Below are positions 24,901 through 36,976 of a stretch of 64,000 nt of DNA, piece by piece. The position numbers and the translations under genes were made by a program. Each line of letters starts with the position of its first letter. Within the stretch, counting starts at the first letter, position 1. The notes beneath the pieces were generated by a model that had not been told where the DNA came from, did no database searches, and saw nothing but the letters and a program-made list of their open reading frames with translations. Source of the DNA: Microbotryum violaceum (lineage: Eukaryota); NCBI GenBank assembly GCA_001244265.2, contig CDLV01000013.1:124001-188000 (forward strand). The letters run 5' to 3'.

Positions 24901-27900
24901 TCCAGCTCAGCTTGAGTCGGAGCAACATGATCGATATCGGCATCCACGGCAGTCGGCAACCGAAGCTCAAACAATCTGAGAAGTGATCGAAAGACCATAG
25001 TGCCATCAGCGACTAGATTCTGCACCTTTCAACCCGTAGTCGTACGTCCAACGCGTTGTCGCCATCGAACTCACTCAATCTGATCCATCACCATCCTCAC
25101 CACCGTCCGTTCAATCGCAAACGACCTCACCAGTGCCCCTTTCTCATCCGTCGCATGCGTACACAAATCGGGCAAAGGAGCGAAATTGGGATCGTAGAGT
25201 AACAATTCGGTCCATTTCGCGAAGGAGAAGGCGTACGATGCGGCTGAGAGGAGGGCTGGCTCTGTCGAGGCTTGACAACGCTTGCATGAGGTCCAAGAGG
25301 CGATGCGAGGGACGAGTGTGGTGGGGTCTTGCTCCAAGGTATTGAGCTTCTTGAGGAGAGAGCCCGCTTCGCTCGGGATACCTTCAATCGCATCCCCATC
25401 CACCGTAGCGTCGTGATTGAGTTCACTCAACGAGATGTTCAATCGATCCTTACTATGCATAAGCACGAGACAGTGCTCCCTTTGCGCAGATTTGCACATC
25501 GCACTCTCGCAAGGCCCATCCTTCCTCCTGACCAAGCGTTCCAAGATCTGACCCAGCGTCGAATCGGCCGATCGAGTGCCTGTATCGCCGTCAATCTCGG
25601 AGGACGTACTCCCATCGAAGTAGTAGTCGTACGCTAGCCATTTGGGGGGCTTGCAAGGCGATGTCCCCGACGTAGCGTCCGAGCGAATGGTCTCGACGAG
25701 GAACTGCATCCCCTGATGTCGGAACGTCCCCGAAAGCGTCATATTCGCCGTCATGAGACTCTGTAATCCCGCACGAGCATCGAGCGTAATCCGAGTTGCT
25801 CTAGAGTTGGCACTTGAAGGGATGGACGATCCTGATGCGGAACGCAGCCCGCCTCCAGGAGTTCCCACGTCCTGTCGGGGTAGATTGAGGGTCCCCGTGA
25901 CGAGATTCATAGCCAAAGCTTGCGAGTCGAGATGACCGCGTGGAACTTGTCTCGGTGTCGCATCGAGCATGTTTGGGTCAAGCGCTGATTTAAGTCGAGG
26001 CATCGTCGCCGTTTCGCCAAAATCGAACGACTGCGCATCGAGATCGACCTGTGGAGCCTGCGCCAGTTCTTGTTGCCGCAGTCGTACGAGCAGATGAGGT
26101 GGTGGGTACACCACATCAGGAGAGACGGAAAGAATGCACGTCTCCATCGCATTGATGATACGCTGGAATCGATCGACGTTCGGCGTCCCGGTTCCCTCCG
26201 CCAAAGCGGGCGAAGGGGTCGGACGAGGGGACAGCATCTCTTCCCTCTTGGCCGCACCAAATATACCGAGATTCATGCCGCCCAAGATATCCCAACTGCG
26301 TCGCTCGCCAAGATCCAGTGATTGCGACCTAACCTCCTCGAGCAGTGGTGAATCTCCAGGCATCTTGCGGGATCCCGTCTTGGGGGTCGAGGCACCATCG
26401 GACTGCTTCCCACGACTGCGGCGTTGCAAAAGGCCCTCGCTAAAGCCTTTGACCTTGTTCTTGATGCGCAGGCTCGCACTGGGCGTGGTCGGAGAAGACA
26501 GCTCGAACGAAGGGAGCCTTGGAGGTGTAGGCGGTACAGTCACGGTTGTTCGAGTCGGTATCACGCTCACAGTCATCGACCTCGACCTGGACAGCGGGAT
26601 CGATTTCGGCCGGTTCTGGGAGCCGAGCAAGATACCCCACAGGCTGCCTCGGGACCAGTTTGATCGCCTGAGAGATCGCTTTCGCTGTGGAGTGCTGGGA
26701 GAGTACGCCCCTGGGATGGAGGGGACTTCGTCATCGAGGTCTTCGTGGATGGCGTCGTCTCCCGAGGGTTCGGCAGGTACTGGAGGCGGCGTCGGAGGTG
26801 TTGATTCGGGTAGCGCGACGGGTCGGGGGCACCGAAAGTCGCGCAGAAGACCAACTTCGAGTCGCAGAGAGACGGCAGCAAAGGTGACAAGTTCGATGAT
26901 TCGCTCAAGCTTGGGCAACTCTTTCGCAGTCGCAGTAAGATAGAACGTCCCTCCGACCCGAGTGACCAGCATGAGATCCTCGTCCTCATAGTCTGCCACC
27001 CCTCAAAGAATGATCAGTCGCAAGTTAGGGGTCAGCTTCAACCAGCCGAGCAACTCACCAATACAACGACTTTTGCCAAACAGCCTCTTCCCATGCCACT
27101 GATCACGCACAAACTCGACCCCAAGCCTGGACGTGCCATGGCGCACAGCCGAAAGCGAAGTCTCGGTCGAGCAAAGCATGACCCCAAAGATGGTCAACTT
27201 TGGCGCTTCAGCAACGGACATCCACGCCGAGTCGCCCTCGCCCAGGCCTTCCGCTTGATCATCATCCTCCTCGGCCTCGACACCTGTTAAGGATGAAGAT
27301 TCGGATCGCTTGAGACTGCGTTCATCTTCGTCCTCGCTTTCCTCCGACTTCATCAGCAAGAGCGCAGCGTTCCTCCACCTCTCTCTCCTCTTCACTTTCT
27401 CCACTTCCCCACCTTCTCCACTCAAAGCCGATTGAAGAGAATCGGTCTCTTTTCCCTTGCGAGCTCGGTCGTTTTGAGTCGGGTTCGCTTCGTGCCGTTG
27501 TTGGGTTTCGACGAGTTGAGCTCGGTCCTCGGCGATACGCGAGTCGACGATGGCGCCTAGTGTCGTAGGGTCCAATGTAGATACGAGAGCGCGCAAAGAG
27601 GTGATGATGGGGTCCTGATATGTTTGAATCAAAGATCAGCACGCATTCCATCAAGGAGATATAGTTTTAGCCACTCAAATCTGTGCCCCAAGCTCAATCT
27701 GCCCAAAAACGTACCAACCACACCCCCTCGTCCTTGATCTTGCACCCCTTCAGACTCTGCTTGAGCAGATCCAACACATGATCCCAGCTCCTATCATCCA
27801 GAGTCTGGTTCTCGTCGCATGATCCGAGTTGGGGAAGCAAGCGGGTGGTGGTGCTGGGTGGTCGAGCTGCAGCAGGAGTGGTCGAAGGGAACGGGATCGA

Positions 27901-27978
27901 GTGGGGGGTCCGGCATTCGGGAGATGAGCTGCTGGTCGTGGATGTGGATGAGGACGCGACTGGTGCCTCAGACGCCAT
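21936..27978 (-). CDS. Fab1/PIKfyve-like phosphatidylinositol phosphate kinase lacking an N-terminal FYVE finger, spliced
   Basis: PIPK core: GGKSSAGFWITGDRRFMLKEL, LLAKIFGFYTIK, TFDLKG, DYSLLVG, IGLIDTLG, VTVLPPTDYATRF. Also a Fab1-type Cys-rich region (DSTLGQILE..C..C..HCLVLMHSKDRLNI..WTSCKRC..LSAASYAFSFAKWTELL), REDEPSSFIA and a CCT-like remnant (LERIIELVTFAAVSLRLE). Confidence 0.85.
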
Positions 27979-28130
27979 CTTGCTCAGTCATACGGGACGC
28001 TGACACGAACCAGTGATCAAGTTGGAATCTGCGCCCACGGGGACGGCGAGCGTGTAAGCCGATTTAGATTGACCGCCTACGTGGTCGCGCTAGGCGGGGT
28101 GGCGCCTTCTGCTGGTGGGGCTGGTGGGGG

Positions 28131-28202
28131 GCTCAAGACGGCGCTCAAGACGGCGCTCAAGACGGCGCTCAAGACGGCGCTCAAGACGGCGCTCAAGACG
28201 GC
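28131..28202. repeat. (GCTCAAGACGGC)6 perfect 12-bp minisatellite upstream of the Fab1-like gene
   Basis: Six perfect units. Confidence 0.95.
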
Positions 28203-28624
28203 CGACGACGAACACGGACGAGCACAGCACACGCGTCCCCGAGACACACCGCGCCGAGGACGTGTATTGCGAACCGGTGTGGGTCACTGAGCTCACTCAC
28301 TCGGGGTAACTAGACACCAACGCTGCTTCGAACTTGCGTAATTGTAAAGCGGTGAGCCGCGAACGGCGCTGAAGACAATAATCTGACTAAGCTACCCGAC
28401 CGCCGAAAATCTTGTAAGCGTGTTCAGCGAACGGACGAAGCGGCGGATAAGGGTGACCGGCTCCCAAGATACTTCTGAACCGTAAAACCTGACTACTTGC
28501 AACCAATGCACTGATTTGAAAGACAAAATGCTGACATCGCCTGACAAAACCTTGAAAAACATACCTCAAAAGAACTCCACCATCTAATCTCAACTCCCGA
28601 CCTGCACCCTGGGCCGCCCCCACC

Positions 28625-31600
28625 TCACCCCGTTCCAAACGCCAATCGTCCCTGACTACGATTCGGGTCGCCCAACTTGGTAATCCTCACTTCGGGACCA
28701 TACGTCGAACCAGACATGCTTTGAGGAGTGATCAGAATGAACTGCACTTCGTCGGTCGCTTTGGCCGTGTCGACCATCATCTTCATCGAGATGCGGCGGT
28801 TGACCGCGTCCTGAAAACGCACGAGAGCAAGCGTAGAAAGTTAGCGACTGCCCTGGCGACGAGGTCACCCCCAAGTGCGGAGATACGTAAACGTACCATA
28901 AACACATCAAACTCATCCAAACATCTCAAAGGGCACCCAACCGCCTCCCACATGGTCAACAATAAACAAATCGTCGAGAAACTCTTCTCTCCGCCCGAAA
29001 GACTCTTGGCATCCTTCTGCTTGCTCCGATTACGCTTCACCCCACCTTCCGTCTGAACGCGCAAGTTGAGACGCATGTGGTTGTGGTCGAATTGGAGTTT
29101 ACCCGTGAAGCCTCGAGCACTGAGATGGTGCATGAACTGCAGCTTCGCACGAGCAGAGATCTGATCACGGAAGTCGGTCCAACGCGCCACACGAGTTTGG
29201 TATGCCGAGGTCAAAGCTTTGACGAGCACGTTCAACGAAGCGACGGTTGCTTTAGCTTCGACGAGCACATTCTTGCGGTTCGAGAGCTCGGTCAGGATCT
29301 CTTCGATCGTGGCGCCTTGTTGGCGCTCGCGGTTCTTCAACGCTTTTTGCAGCGAGTCAATCTGCTTTCTCAATTGTGCTTCGGTCTGCCTCTGACCACC
29401 TTGTGGACGATCACAAATCTCAAGAGCTTGTTCGGTGAGGTGCTGCAAAGGTGGTGTGATCATGTCAGCCAGGCCAAACTTACAAAGATTGTAGAATACG
29501 TAATCGGTGGTGACTCACTGCTAGCTTCTCGCTTTCGCGCTCGACACTGGCGCGAAGGTCATCGATCTTTTGTTCCTGAACCGCCAACCTGGTATTGTAT
29601 TGATCGATCGCACTCTCAGCGTTGACGCGATCCTTGATACCTTTGTTGAGTCGTTCCTACGAGACGCCCCAAGTCCCAACAAATGAGCAACCGACAAAAG
29701 AAAAGGTGAGATCCGTGACAGACTGACCATGATCGACTTTAGCAACTTGTCGACCTTCTTGATCTCCTCTTCAACCAGTCGCGTCTGCTCCACGGCCTCC
29801 GTGCCATTCTCCTCCGCCATGGCCGCCTCATGCAATCGCTTCGCATCCTCAAATTGCGCCAACGTCGTATCCAGTTCATCCTGGCACGCCTCCCTCAACT
29901 CCTCCAAAGCCCCAATATTGCTCGGTTCCTTTTCCTGCAACTTCTGTCGCTCCTTCTCGATATCCCGATTCGTTTTGGTCATGCTCTGTTTCTCGTTCGA
30001 ACGACGGCGGTCCAAGATGTCCTTCTGGCGATGGATCGCCACCAACTGACCATTGATCGCCTTATTCTGCGCCTCGAACTCGTTGAAATGACCTTGGACC
30101 CGTTTGAGCTCATTTTGGTGATGTTGGATTTGATCCTCGACGTTGGGACTGATGCGAGCTGCGCCTTTCCACGCATCAACAGCTCGAGTTATAGCGCGGT
30201 TGTCGCTGCGGTTCAAACAGAAGGTGCAATATGATCAGCTTCGAGCAAGTAGTGTCTTTTCCTCCCTCGACGAGCGTGGGGACTTACTTTGATCGGAGAA
30301 GTTGAAACATGTCGCGACTAAAGGCCGTGCGAACGTTTCGCTTGTGCACGTCAAGGATATGATCACCCTCGGGACGGGTTATGACAAGTGCCGCGTTCTC
30401 GGGTTGAATCGCGTTGATGAAGGCTTGCTTGACGTGTTCGTTTGAGAACTGTGGGACAGTGGGGCAGAAACCGAACCCTTCAGTCAGTCAGCCCTAACGG
30501 TGCTCGAGGATGCACCACCTAATTTCCGGACCCACCTTGAGTGCGCGCAAGACGGTCAAGACGTCTCTGTCAGGCTCGGAGGCCGAGCAGTCAAACGATG
30601 GGTCGTAAGCAAGTTTGATGATCGGGACCTTGTTATTACTAAAGACGAAGCGAACGCGACCGTCAGCAACTACCGCAACCACGACGTGGGCTCAAAGTGC
30701 CCCTTTTCTCACATTCGGTGCTGCCTGAACAAGTTGAACAAGCGTTTGCGGTCCCCCTCGTTCGAAACCACAAAGCCATTGAAGGTATTAGCCCCCACCG
30801 CTTCGATGAGTGCGCTCCATTTGTGATCGACGAGTTCGACGTAACGTCCCATCGGACCCAACGGCTTCTGGTTCCATCCTCGATCGCTGTCGATCGCCCT
30901 GAGCAACCCAGGAATGGCCTGCCCGTAAGCGAGCATGGTATTGCCCTTAGAGGCCTGTATATTCCGGATGCGTCCCTTGATCTTCTCAACATCGTCATTC
31001 ACAGCCCTCATCTTCATCTTGACATCATCCATATCGCCAACCAAACGCATTCGATCGGCTTCAAGCTCTTCCAACTCTTGCGTCGAAGTGGAAATGACCT
31101 GCGCGCGCTCGAGGTTCTCTTCCTCAAGTGTGTTGATCTTTTCACGAATGGGTCGTTGCAAGGCCTCGATGTCGACTTCGAGGCGCTTCTTCTCCTCGGC
31201 GATCTTCCGATCGTAATCAGCGATCTGGGCTCGCTGGCGCTCAGTTGTTGCGTTAACCGTTCGGTTCGTTTGCTGTTGCCGCATGGGATCGACAAAGGAG
31301 TCGTCGTCAGCAGGCTGTTTCACTCTCCAAATGCAAAGCCCTTGACGACCATCTGTTCCAACAACTCACAGCCCACTCCCTGGCCTTCTCTCGCGTAGCC
31401 GCAATCCTGTCCTTGAGCTTCTTCAAAACCGGTTCCTTCTCGTCCTTCTCCAACTGCGTCTCCTTTTGCGCCTCTTCGCAATCCGCAATGGTCGCATCAG
31501 CTTTCGCCTTGTTGGCTTCAAACTCCTGCAACTTGCTCGCGATCTTGTTCACGGTCTCTTCCTCCTTGTGCAACATCTCCTCCCCTTTATCGATATTCAC

Positions 31601-33032
31601 CTCGGCTTCATCGACGCCGCACCACGCCAATCGGTTCTTCAACTGCTCCAACTTGTCCTGTTGTCCAACGGCTGCCTCAGCATCCTTGGCGCGTTCCTTG
31701 GCGCGCTTATAAGCGTCTTTAAGATCGGGGATGATTTCTTGCTTCTTGTCGACCGCGGCTTGCATCGTTTGAGTGTTGGTTTGGATCGTTTCGTACTCTT
31801 CGGTCAATTGCGCGAGTTGGGTCCCCTTGAGAAAAAAGTTGTACTTTTGTTGAGCCGAGGCCGAAGCGAGGAATTGACGGGACTGGTCTTGGGTCAGGAC
31901 TGTCATAGGGTTCTCGACTTGGATGTTGAAGGCGTCAACTGCGGGTGTTAGGAGAGGGATCAGCTCCAGAGAACGAGATTTGTGATCTAGCCGTGAGGTG
32001 AAACTAACGAATTGAATCCAGCGTCGCCCTATTATCATCCACGAGACCTCCTTCGGCATTGAAGATTTTGTACGAACCACCACCGTTGAGACGTAAAGTA
32101 CGTTCGATCGTGATCGAGTCGCCGTAGACGTGGTGCTGGTACGCTTCCGGTCCACGGTTACGAAGCCTTACCGAGCACTTGGCCACGGTTGCGCCTTCCA
32201 TCACTAGGCCTGAACCTTTCGTCGCTCGATTCTGTTCGCCATCAGGAGTGGGTGTAAGCATTTACTCGTCGCTGGAAGCAATAGCATACTCGTCACCGCT
32301 CACGGTCGCCCTCGCGTTACCACCCAACGCCATGGTGATGCCGGTGAGGATGGCCGATTTGCCCGATCCGTTGTTGCCGACGAGGAAGTTGATTTGCGGA
32401 CCAAAGTCGACGGTCGTGAGTTTGTGGCACTGTTGATCGTCACCATTGAGAGTTTGGTTTGGCGATGAAAAGGTGCAGGGTCAGTGTCCCCAGTCGCTCC
32501 CTCGTGTTCGTGTCCGTCCAGACCAGTCAGACCGCAGAACTGACCATGAAGTTCTGCAACTCGACGCGTTCGATTATCCCCCTCTGAGCCACGGTCTATG
32601 AGAATGTACCCAATGAACAATTCATCAGTGCCCACGCCAACCCCCCTGCTTCGTCGCCCGTGCGCAACCTAACGACGCGATGCGACGCGTCTCGCCAGAA
32701 GTGGGTGGTCGACTCACGCCTTCACCACGAGACCTGGCCTGCATCTTGGCATTGAACTCGTTCTTCCTCCTCACCGCCTCCTCATCCTCATCCGAATTCT
32801 CATCCATACTAAAGTCCTCCTCTTCCTCCTCCCCCTCCCCCTTCCCCTTCTCACCACCTTCTACTTCGTCGTCCTGCTGCTCCCCCTCGACCTTGACAAG
32901 CTCGTCCGCGCCTTCATGGAACGAGGGCAAATCAGGCGGTGAACTACGAGGTAAGGACGAAGAGGTACGAAGACGTTTGGCGGACGAGTGAGCAGGTTCA
33001 TCCTCCGAGTCAGAGGCGACGTGTTTCGCCAT
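28625..33032 (-). CDS. SMC6: Structural maintenance of chromosomes protein 6, spliced
   Basis: Walker A INFLVGNNGSGKSAILTGITMALGG; NIQVENPMTVLTQDQSRQFL; hinge KPLGPMGRYV; signature LSGGEKSFSTICLLLTMWEAVGCPLRCLDEFDVFM|DAVNRRISM...QFILITPQ, characteristic of Smc6. Confidence 0.95.
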
Positions 33033-34063
33033 GGTTCAACTCGTGCACAGTGTACGGGATACGAAAAAGCGACGCCTGGGTTGAACAAGTCAAAAAGAGC
33101 AGAACGCGTTTGGACGCGCTTCGACAACGCGAGGCGCGAGACTGGCAGAGACTATACTGCAGCTGGGCGAGAGCAGGGAGAGAGCAGGCGGCCCACAATT
33201 TGCTATCGTGCCAAGTCCGCGTCCACGCTGGGCATTTGTTTTGCGTAGATAATCGAAGTTTGTGAAATCTCATCCGATTTGATGCAACCACAAAGCAAAA
33301 GGCGCCGGCATCCGCGCGCAACTCCGACTGAGCCGATCGATACTGTTAAAGAAGCTCTTCCTGTCAACGATCTGTTGAAGGCAAGTGACTTTATAGCACT
33401 TTCCAGTGCTAGCTTTTACTGTGAAGAACTTTGCCGGAAATGCGAGCGACCGAGTCACGTGCTCACCTCTGGTCTTCACATGGTCCCATTTGGCCACGTA
33501 AAGAGCGGACTCCGCCTGTGCGCACGCCGCCCAAGCACGATGAAACATCGATCAGCGGGGATTTTAAAACCTTACTCGGCTGGGCAAGTTGGTTATAAAG
33601 CCGGTGTGATGGATCGTGCTGCAATTTGATAACCTTTTTAATCAAGTCAGTCGCACAGCAACACCATGGAAGGAAACCAGTAAGGTTGCTCTCGTGTTGT
33701 GCCACTCGATCGGCAGGGCCCAAGTTGATGTGGCCCCCAAGATGAAGAGCGATGAATTGATTGGGCGTTTGTGTGGCGTGCAGAGCTGGGACATGCATTT
33801 GTTTGATTCTCCTGTACGAACGTTTTCGTGTTTGCTTTAACAAATCGGTAGGGGACAGTATTGTTGAGGGGAAGGGACCAACGGTCGCAACAGAAAAGAG
33901 CTCACGTGTTTTCTGGTGACTTCGTAATTCTCGGAAGAAAGGCTATATGATCGGAAATAGGGGCAGCTTGACAGGCCGTTGTCAAACCGATCGGGGCGCG
34001 CACGACGATCCGAAAGAGGCCGAGACATAACGGAATTAGGTTAATCCCGCGAATAGCAGGGCA

Positions 34064-34262
34064 CTTTGGTTCCGAAAATGGCAACTCTGGTCCCACATCG
34101 GAGGCGACTCTGGTCCCACACCGGAGACGACTCTGGTCCCACATCGGAGGCGACTTTGGGATCACATCGGAGCGGACTTTGGGATCACATCGATGCGGAC
34201 TTTGGATCACATCCGAGGTCATTCTTGTACCACGTTCATGGGAACTTTGGTACCACATAGTG
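34064..34262 (-). mobile_element. Terminus of a CACTA/EnSpm-like DNA transposon with ~22-bp subterminal tandem repeats
   Basis: Minus strand begins CACTATGTGGTACCAAAG, followed by about 8 imperfect repeats of CTCTGGTCCCACATCGGAGGCGA / CTTTGGGATCACATCGG. No partner end found. Confidence 0.55.
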
Positions 34263-34871
34263 TAGAGGCCTGTATCTCTTGCAATATGTAATGTATCACT
34301 CTGGGGAATGTAGTACGATGTATGTACAGGTCTATAGTACTTCTGGCGGGTGAGACGAGGCGGACAATGCAGTAGTTGCTACATCGGGGTTCTTCCCCGC
34401 TGTGCCGCTCCGCGCCCGTGTCAGCGGTTAAACCTTACGCCGATCGTCACGAGGCAGCAAGCGTAGCTTGCAATAAATATCATAGGGTGGAGCAAACGTT
34501 TTTTTCCTTGCTGACTAGAATACTTATGCGTTAATGACATAATCACTACATGGGTGAGCTGTAGTGTTCCTTAGGCCTGCAATCGTTAGCACCCTTATTC
34601 GAGAAAATTCAAATATTCGGCGAAAGCCCTGGGGCCGCGCCAAAACTCGCAGGCGCTGGTCGTTTGACGGGCTACACCGGCAAAATCACGAATGCCCCTG
34701 AAAGCAGCTCCTTTCCTCAGAGCTTCACACGCTCACTGGTCTTTCCCCCCACTCTCTCTTTCTTCTTACACATGAAGTCCTCACGTAAACACTCCTCCCT
34801 ATCTTAGTCGCGCGGAAATACTGTGCATCTCGAGCAAACGACGCCCAGTGAGGGGTTTACCTTCAAGGTAG

Positions 34872-36900
34872 ATGGCGCCAGTCGCACCCATCATGTCGAC
34901 AGGAGAAATGAGCCAACTGCTCCAAAACAAAGGGGGCCGACCACCCATCGCGTTGCAGGAACAAAGCTCCCCAGAGGGATACGCATCGGAAGTTGACTCG
35001 GAAGTGGATGAGGATGAGGACAGTCTGCAAGTCTTGGCAGCTTTGGTCCCGGTTCCCTCAAAGTCCTCGATATCTAGCCCCTCCGCAGTCTCGGGGCTTT
35101 TAATCTCTCCAAAGAGCCGTTCGAGAGACTTCGACGAGGATTCGGCAGACGAGGGTTACTACGGAGTCGACGACGACAATTCGGACGAGAAATTAATTGA
35201 CAACATCTTCTCGGCACTACTCCTGGCTCGGAACGACAAGAAGATCCTTGACCGGCACACGTACGAGCCCTCTCGACAGGACAAAGAGTGATCGAACACG
35301 ACGCGCGAGGCAATTTTCTCAAACATGATCCTCACGACTGCAGAGCACAACGAGCTCCGTCTCAGGCCGCTTGTTCTCAACTGTCGCAAGCCGAGGTCCG
35401 GATGGGAATTTGTACGCAAACTTCCTGTCCTGGAGCTCCCAAAGTTTATGGCTACAGAGGTATGTTGAAGCTGCATGCTGCGCTGCGGTTTCTTTTTTCG
35501 TCCTGTGAACGACCTAACTTTCATTGGTGCGATCTATTAACAGAAGCATGACTGGGCTCCACGCAAATATGAACGCTGTCTCGCTGTCGTCGAGCGACCT
35601 TACGGTGACGCGCCCTCGTCTACTGATCATCAACATCCGTCGGAGGTGGCAGTGGGGATCGAATGGCGTCCGGAAGTGCCTATCACCCTTCGAGAAGCTT
35701 GGAGTCAACCCGGCGAAGGTCGACCTGTTGCGGAGGTTCTACGGATTACACATTGTTGCTCGGGGGCCTGTAAAAGAGTTCGGGTCAAGGATGGCAAACT
35801 TGTGTACAAGAAACGAGACAATGACAAGGACCCCGGGAAAACATGCTCTACTCAACTCAAGGTGATCATCCCGGATAGGAAATCAAAGGAGCTTGGGTTG
35901 GGTGGCTGATAAGACTCTCTATTGCCTTCTTCGTCCCTTGTGTAGATCCTCGTTCAGGCCGACGATCTTTCAGCGGCGCTGGTGTACACCCTCGGCAACC
36001 ACGAAGGACGCCAACCACCGCCGAACGTCCGACGTCCAGCCCCTTTCATTCGTGCGTTGGCGCATCAGGAAGTCTTTCGGCAGGCCAACACGCCCACGCT
36101 TGCATTTCAAAGTGAGTGTGTGCTCAAAGTTTGCACAAGAAGTTTTCACTTCTCAAGACTGACCATCAGTTCCTTTCTCGATGATGGACTCGATCATCTC
36201 ATAGATATGAACCAGCGGATGTCGTTCTGGGAGAAACAGAACGAGATCATTCTCCCGCAGTACAGGAAAGTCGGCGCAAAGCAGCTGCGCAATATGTTCA
36301 GGGCAAAAGGTCGACAGAACGCGCAGCATGGATCCTCCTTGTACTCGCTAGCTCGCACGGCTGAGCTGAGACCGTTCACCCTTCAAAATGCAACGGAGCC
36401 CGAGACACGCGGAGTGGCCTAGTGAGTGATCACGATCTAAGCTGCTTGCCGAGCTGATGAGCTAACAAGCGGCGGAGGTATTTACCCTTGTCAGCTTTCA
36501 ACCTTTTAATGAGAAAACGAAGCAGCCGTTGATCTGCGTCCTTGACTCCGTCCACTCCACCGACGTGTTGATTTCCTTCGCCACAGTTGGGAACGATTCA
36601 GGCGATTGGTCGCGGTTTGTTGGACTTGACTCAAGCTGGCGATACCTGAACGAGAACCGCGCCCCCCTCACCGCCCTCGTCGCGACTGGCTTGAAAGACA
36701 AACTTGCGCTAGGTGAGAGCCCGGGAAGCACTTGAAAGGAAGGTCCGGACGAGTAAGACTCCTTACAAGGATCGCGGCGCGCTCCTCGACCAGCCTCTTT
36801 ACCGTGTCCAAGTAGATGACGAGAGTATCTGCCTTCACATCACTGGAGAGAAGCATAGGGCCTGAAGAAGACAATACATAAGCGATGAAATGCTCTACTG
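34872..36900 (+). mobile_element. Degenerate Mutator/MULE-like transposase gene
   Basis: Fragmented frames with a C..C-H zinc-domain-like segment (TCSTQLK|ILV...VYTLGNHEG) and VGLDSSWRYLNENRAPLTALV, which resembles the first catalytic Asp region of MULE DDE domains. Contains internal stops and frameshifts. Confidence 0.6.
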
Positions 36901-36976
36901 GCTTGTGGTGGCCAAGTCCTCAAGTAAATTCTGCTTCTGGCTAGGTTCGGTGGCGCGTCATTTCATCACTGAACTA

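Noticed and set aside
33616..33840. Possible Dicer/DEAD-helicase fragment (KVALVLCHSIG...IGRLCGVQSWD)
   Set aside because: Only a vague resemblance; no Walker A or DExH motif in adjacent frames.
34064..34262. CRISPR-like array
   Set aside because: Repeats are contiguous with no unique spacers, there are no cas genes, and the context is eukaryotic.
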